Below, in pieces: positions 61,901 through 64,000 of a stretch of DNA of 64,000 nt. Every line of letters starts with the position of its first letter. Within the stretch, counting starts at the first letter, position 1. The position numbers were made by a program, and so were the translations under genes. The notes below the pieces were generated by a model. That model made no database searches. It was not told the origin of the DNA and was given only the letters and a program-made list of their open reading frames with translations. The stretch covers positions 31,372,001 to 31,436,000 of the forward strand of contig CAIIXF020000001.1 in the NCBI GenBank assembly GCA_903813345.2. Reading direction: 5' to 3'. Origin of the DNA: Owenia fusiformis (taxonomy: Eukaryota).

Positions 61901-64000
61901 ACTGTACTGTGATAGTAATGTTAGGTGTTTTCCATTCGCTGTGTTCTTATTTCTGCACCATTGGAAAATTTGTGAGGGGCTCTGGTTTTGAAGAGATACT
62001 GCTTGAATCAGAAATTTGTGCTAGTGGATCATTAGATGCAGTCCTTAATGGAAAAAATTACAACAGAAGCCTGAGAGTTCACAAGATAATGTATGAAGCA
62101 CTGGAACGTATGTTGTTGGAGAAATTCCAGCAGGAACACCAACTAAATCCAGCTGCAAAGAAGAAACTTCAAGATCTAGCTGAAAACCTAAATGAAGAGC
62201 TTCTGCAGCAATCCCTCTCTGATAAAGATGTTAGTGAATTCTGTCAAAAATTCTTCCAGTTCAAAATGGACATCAGACAAGGGAAAATGGGTAAAACTCC
62301 ACAGTTTTGGGTCCAGTACAGTGATATGGTTGGCACTGCACTTCAGTATATCCGTGCCACAAAGGAAAATGATCTCAACCTCCACATTGGAGCACACTCA
62401 GCCATGAATAGTGCATTCTTTGCCATGGACCATCAAAATTATGCCAGATTTCACTGTTACCAATTTCTCACCCTTCTCAACCTGGATAAGAGACATCCTG
62501 GTGCAACAGAGCTCATCTCAAACAATGGATTCTCTGTTTCAAGATCAGATGTATCATGCTCACGAAATCCTGTGGACATTACCATAGAACAAACTATCAA
62601 TTGCAATGCAAAATCTAAAGGTGGTATTGTTGGTTTCAGTAGGAACAAGGGTGCATATCAGCGCTGGTGCGTTACACGAACACAGAGAGGACTGTATACA
62701 GAGGCTGCCCTTGATATAGCTGGAATGAGAGACTCAGACGATATCCTCCATAGAGACAACTCATTAGCCCAAGTAACAACATCTGAAGCTGGTGTAAAGT
62801 CAGTAATGCAGGCATTCAAAAGCTTCATCAACCCATTTGACATCAATGAGCCTGCTCTTCACTGTGTATCATCTGGTTTGCCAGCCCCAGCAGAAGTTCA
62901 AGGGCTGACTGATGCATTACAGAAAGGTTACCAAGCAAGTGAACAATTCATTGATAGACTGAGAGATCAAAACTCAGAACTTAAGTTTCACGATAGCATA
63001 AAAAAGATGAAAGTCGCAACATTTGCAAATTCTGCTGTGACCAAGAAGATGACAACTTCAAAAAATAAGGTTGTTGAAATCAGCGCCACAAGAAACCTAT
63101 TTGGCCAACTACTTAATGTATCTCAAAACAGTGAGATTAGTCTTGAGAGGCTCATGGGATATTGCATGGGTCCTGTTCCTTGGCCTCTTGCCCTACCTGA
63201 TGGCTCTCTAGCAAAAACACCAAAGTCAACACTCATTCATGAGCTGCAAGGGAATGACAGTATTCCATCTCCCCCATCTGAATCAATAACTATCTTGGAT
63301 GGAAATATGAGTTTCTATCAAATGGAAAAAATAGCACCAACATTTGGTAAAGTTGCAAGAGACATATTCACACGCTTACCAAAATCCAAGAACGTACATT
63401 TTGTAACCGATTCCTACCATGAAAACTCCATTAAAGATCTTGAGAGAAACAAAAGGGGGCAGTCAGATCCAATTATCCTGAAGGGAGCCCACACTAAAAC
63501 CCCATCAAAATCATGGAATAACTTCCTAACATGTGGCAAAAATAAAGAGGAACTTATCAAGTTCCTGTTACGTGAATGGCAAACCAAGAAGTATGCCAGT
63601 AATCTGAAGGGAAGAAACATCTACTTCTCAGACCAAGAGAATACAATTCTACTCACAAGTGATGGTGAAAAGGTTTATACTTCCCCAGTAAATGACCTAG
63701 CATCTAACCAAGAAGAAGCAGATACAAAGATAATTCTTCACATGCTGTTCGCTGCAAGACATGGAAAACCAGTAATTGTTCGATCCCTTGATACCGATGT
63801 CTTTCTAATACTCCTAAGGTATGCTGACAGGGTCGATGTACCGATATATTTTGACACTGGAAAAGGAGATGGGCGTCGCCTCCTTGACATCCAAGCAATA
63901 GCCTCCCGCCTGGGCCAGCAACTTTGTGAAGCACTGCCCAGCTTCCATGCTTTCACGGGGTGCGATAGCACTAGTGCATTCATTCGCAGAGGCAAGATAA
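58965..64000 (+). mobile_element. Academ-superfamily DNA transposon (AcademX type), right end outside the window
   Basis: Putative left terminus TAGGCCACC at about 58965, then about 1 kb of non-coding sequence and a >4-kb transposase ORF. The terminus position is inferred because the partner TIR is not visible. Confidence 0.7.
59953..64000 (+). CDS. Academ transposase with N-terminal Cys/His finger, DDE core and C-terminal XPG/FEN1-like nuclease domain (over 1349 aa, 3'-incomplete)
   Basis: Frame +1 is open from ATG 59953 (or 59983) to the window end; it is absent from the ORF track because no stop is reached. Motifs: CIFCDK...DLLAGEAYFHQAC; FDNFDLNEQTPSGSGTTHSTHGIVIQ; TFDLAAAKKA; LGVFH; GKNYNRSLRVH; DHQNYARF; DITIEQTIN...KSKGG; ILDGN; FVTDSY...SIKDLER; SNQEEADTKIILH; VRSLDTDV; FHAFTGCDSTSAF. 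Confidence 0.85.
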   Translation, partial: MSNNIYFREAMSKRVLRKRVAPASEARGETSRPTYLFSDSKCIFCDKTIKYLKNNKKEYLTQCTTKITRATINHAMHIREDWNLIRKIGGRDLLAGEAYFHQACKRSYCEPKIVGKPEVDDYGDLIEKTTGTNVKFDEKEPEESNDPSFTYICERISEDIMLRKNVGSLNNIHKQYQTHKQENDPVNYQKDYRRSRLKSRLQSHYGNRIVLQPGKNEKDILIYSSSLTVSDIADSAAMVNQTNEHGCLQKAAHYLRDKIIAASENVSPTNWPPSASELSASMFHTIPPELQYFLILLLSGNDTKMNNTKYKRLTHTIGQDICYGATNGSFKMPKHYLLAIAIHHLTGSAELITLLNHHGYCTSYTEVLEIETAICEEIKQQVSSLPPSISILSNQVLMYCFDNFDLNEQTPSGSGTTHSTHGIVIQEQKSVNPHCHQDTAMEVDAHTESSESQGQLEPMDDDGGDISSESQGGVPILLPQSDEHVDEIVDSSAQPPSLEPTKERYPNARRSVKLTEDILPPCYAVNKAEPPKGFDVFTISEESEVALANASRSDLMWILCRHQQSENQSVPSWAGWVSLTGKGSTNVPVQSVIDYLPPINHPITENATVQECLNIAMQGTAEVGQHYTLVTFDLAAAKKALNIVWQFQKYCTVIVMLGVFHSLCSYFCTIGKFVRGSGFEEILLESEICASGSLDAVLNGKNYNRSLRVHKIMYEALERMLLEKFQQEHQLNPAAKKKLQDLAENLNEELLQQSLSDKDVSEFCQKFFQFKMDIRQGKMGKTPQFWVQYSDMVGTALQYIRATKENDLNLHIGAHSAMNSAFFAMDHQNYARFHCYQFLTLLNLDKRHPGATELISNNGFSVSRSDVSCSRNPVDITIEQTINCNAKSKGGIVGFSRNKGAYQRWCVTRTQRGLYTEAALDIAGMRDSDDILHRDNSLAQVTTSEAGVKSVMQAFKSFINPFDINEPALHCVSSGLPAPAEVQGLTDALQKGYQASEQFIDRLRDQNSELKFHDSIKKMKVATFANSAVTKKMTTSKNKVVEISATRNLFGQLLNVSQNSEISLERLMGYCMGPVPWPLALPDGSLAKTPKSTLIHELQGNDSIPSPPSESITILDGNMSFYQMEKIAPTFGKVARDIFTRLPKSKNVHFVTDSYHENSIKDLERNKRGQSDPIILKGAHTKTPSKSWNNFLTCGKNKEELIKFLLREWQTKKYASNLKGRNIYFSDQENTILLTSDGEKVYTSPVNDLASNQEEADTKIILHMLFAARHGKPVIVRSLDTDVFLILLRYADRVDVPIYFDTGKGDGRRLLDIQAIASRLGQQLCEALPSFHAFTGCDSTSAFIRRGKI

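Noticed and set aside
59919..63995. Numerous short ORFs on both strands
   Set aside because: Shadow frames of the single long frame +1 transposase ORF.

Overview
This window is AT-rich, intron-containing eukaryotic genomic DNA. The repeat and gene content suggest a marine invertebrate, probably a lophotrochozoan (inference). There are two 500-N scaffold gaps. Genes: (1) the 5' end of a minus-strand gene whose first two tiny coding exons splice to MDG|EFYASGLK|, the N-terminal pattern of PTB/PTBP splicing factors, with a housekeeping-type promoter at about 14.9-15.1 kb; (2) a TMEM74/neurensin-family gene with its CDS in one exon (26795-27259, -); (3) two tandem plus-strand paralogs encoding secreted cysteine-rich proteins. 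Both paralogs start with a signal peptide, two CX3C-Xn-CX3C modules and a TSP1 domain. Gene A (4 exons, 190 aa) stops there. Gene B (at least 15 exons, at least 707 aa) continues with VWD-C8-TIL, a chitin-binding-like module and three more TSP1 repeats. An uninterrupted Academ (DDE + XPG-like) transposase ORF runs from about 59.95 kb off the right edge. The rest is dense in repeats: two Helentron-type (HINE) elements with internal satellites, many MITEs and foldbacks, a Transib-like element with a 5-bp TSD, Penelope and CR1/L2-type fragments, and a tRNA-derived Pol III sequence. Tandem arrays have units of 76, 103, 31 and 568 bp. The 31-bp satellite looks derived from a transposon TIR end, and the 568-bp unit carries a 21-nt micro-exon. 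All gene models were spliced by hand from GT-AG signals and are not expression-validated.
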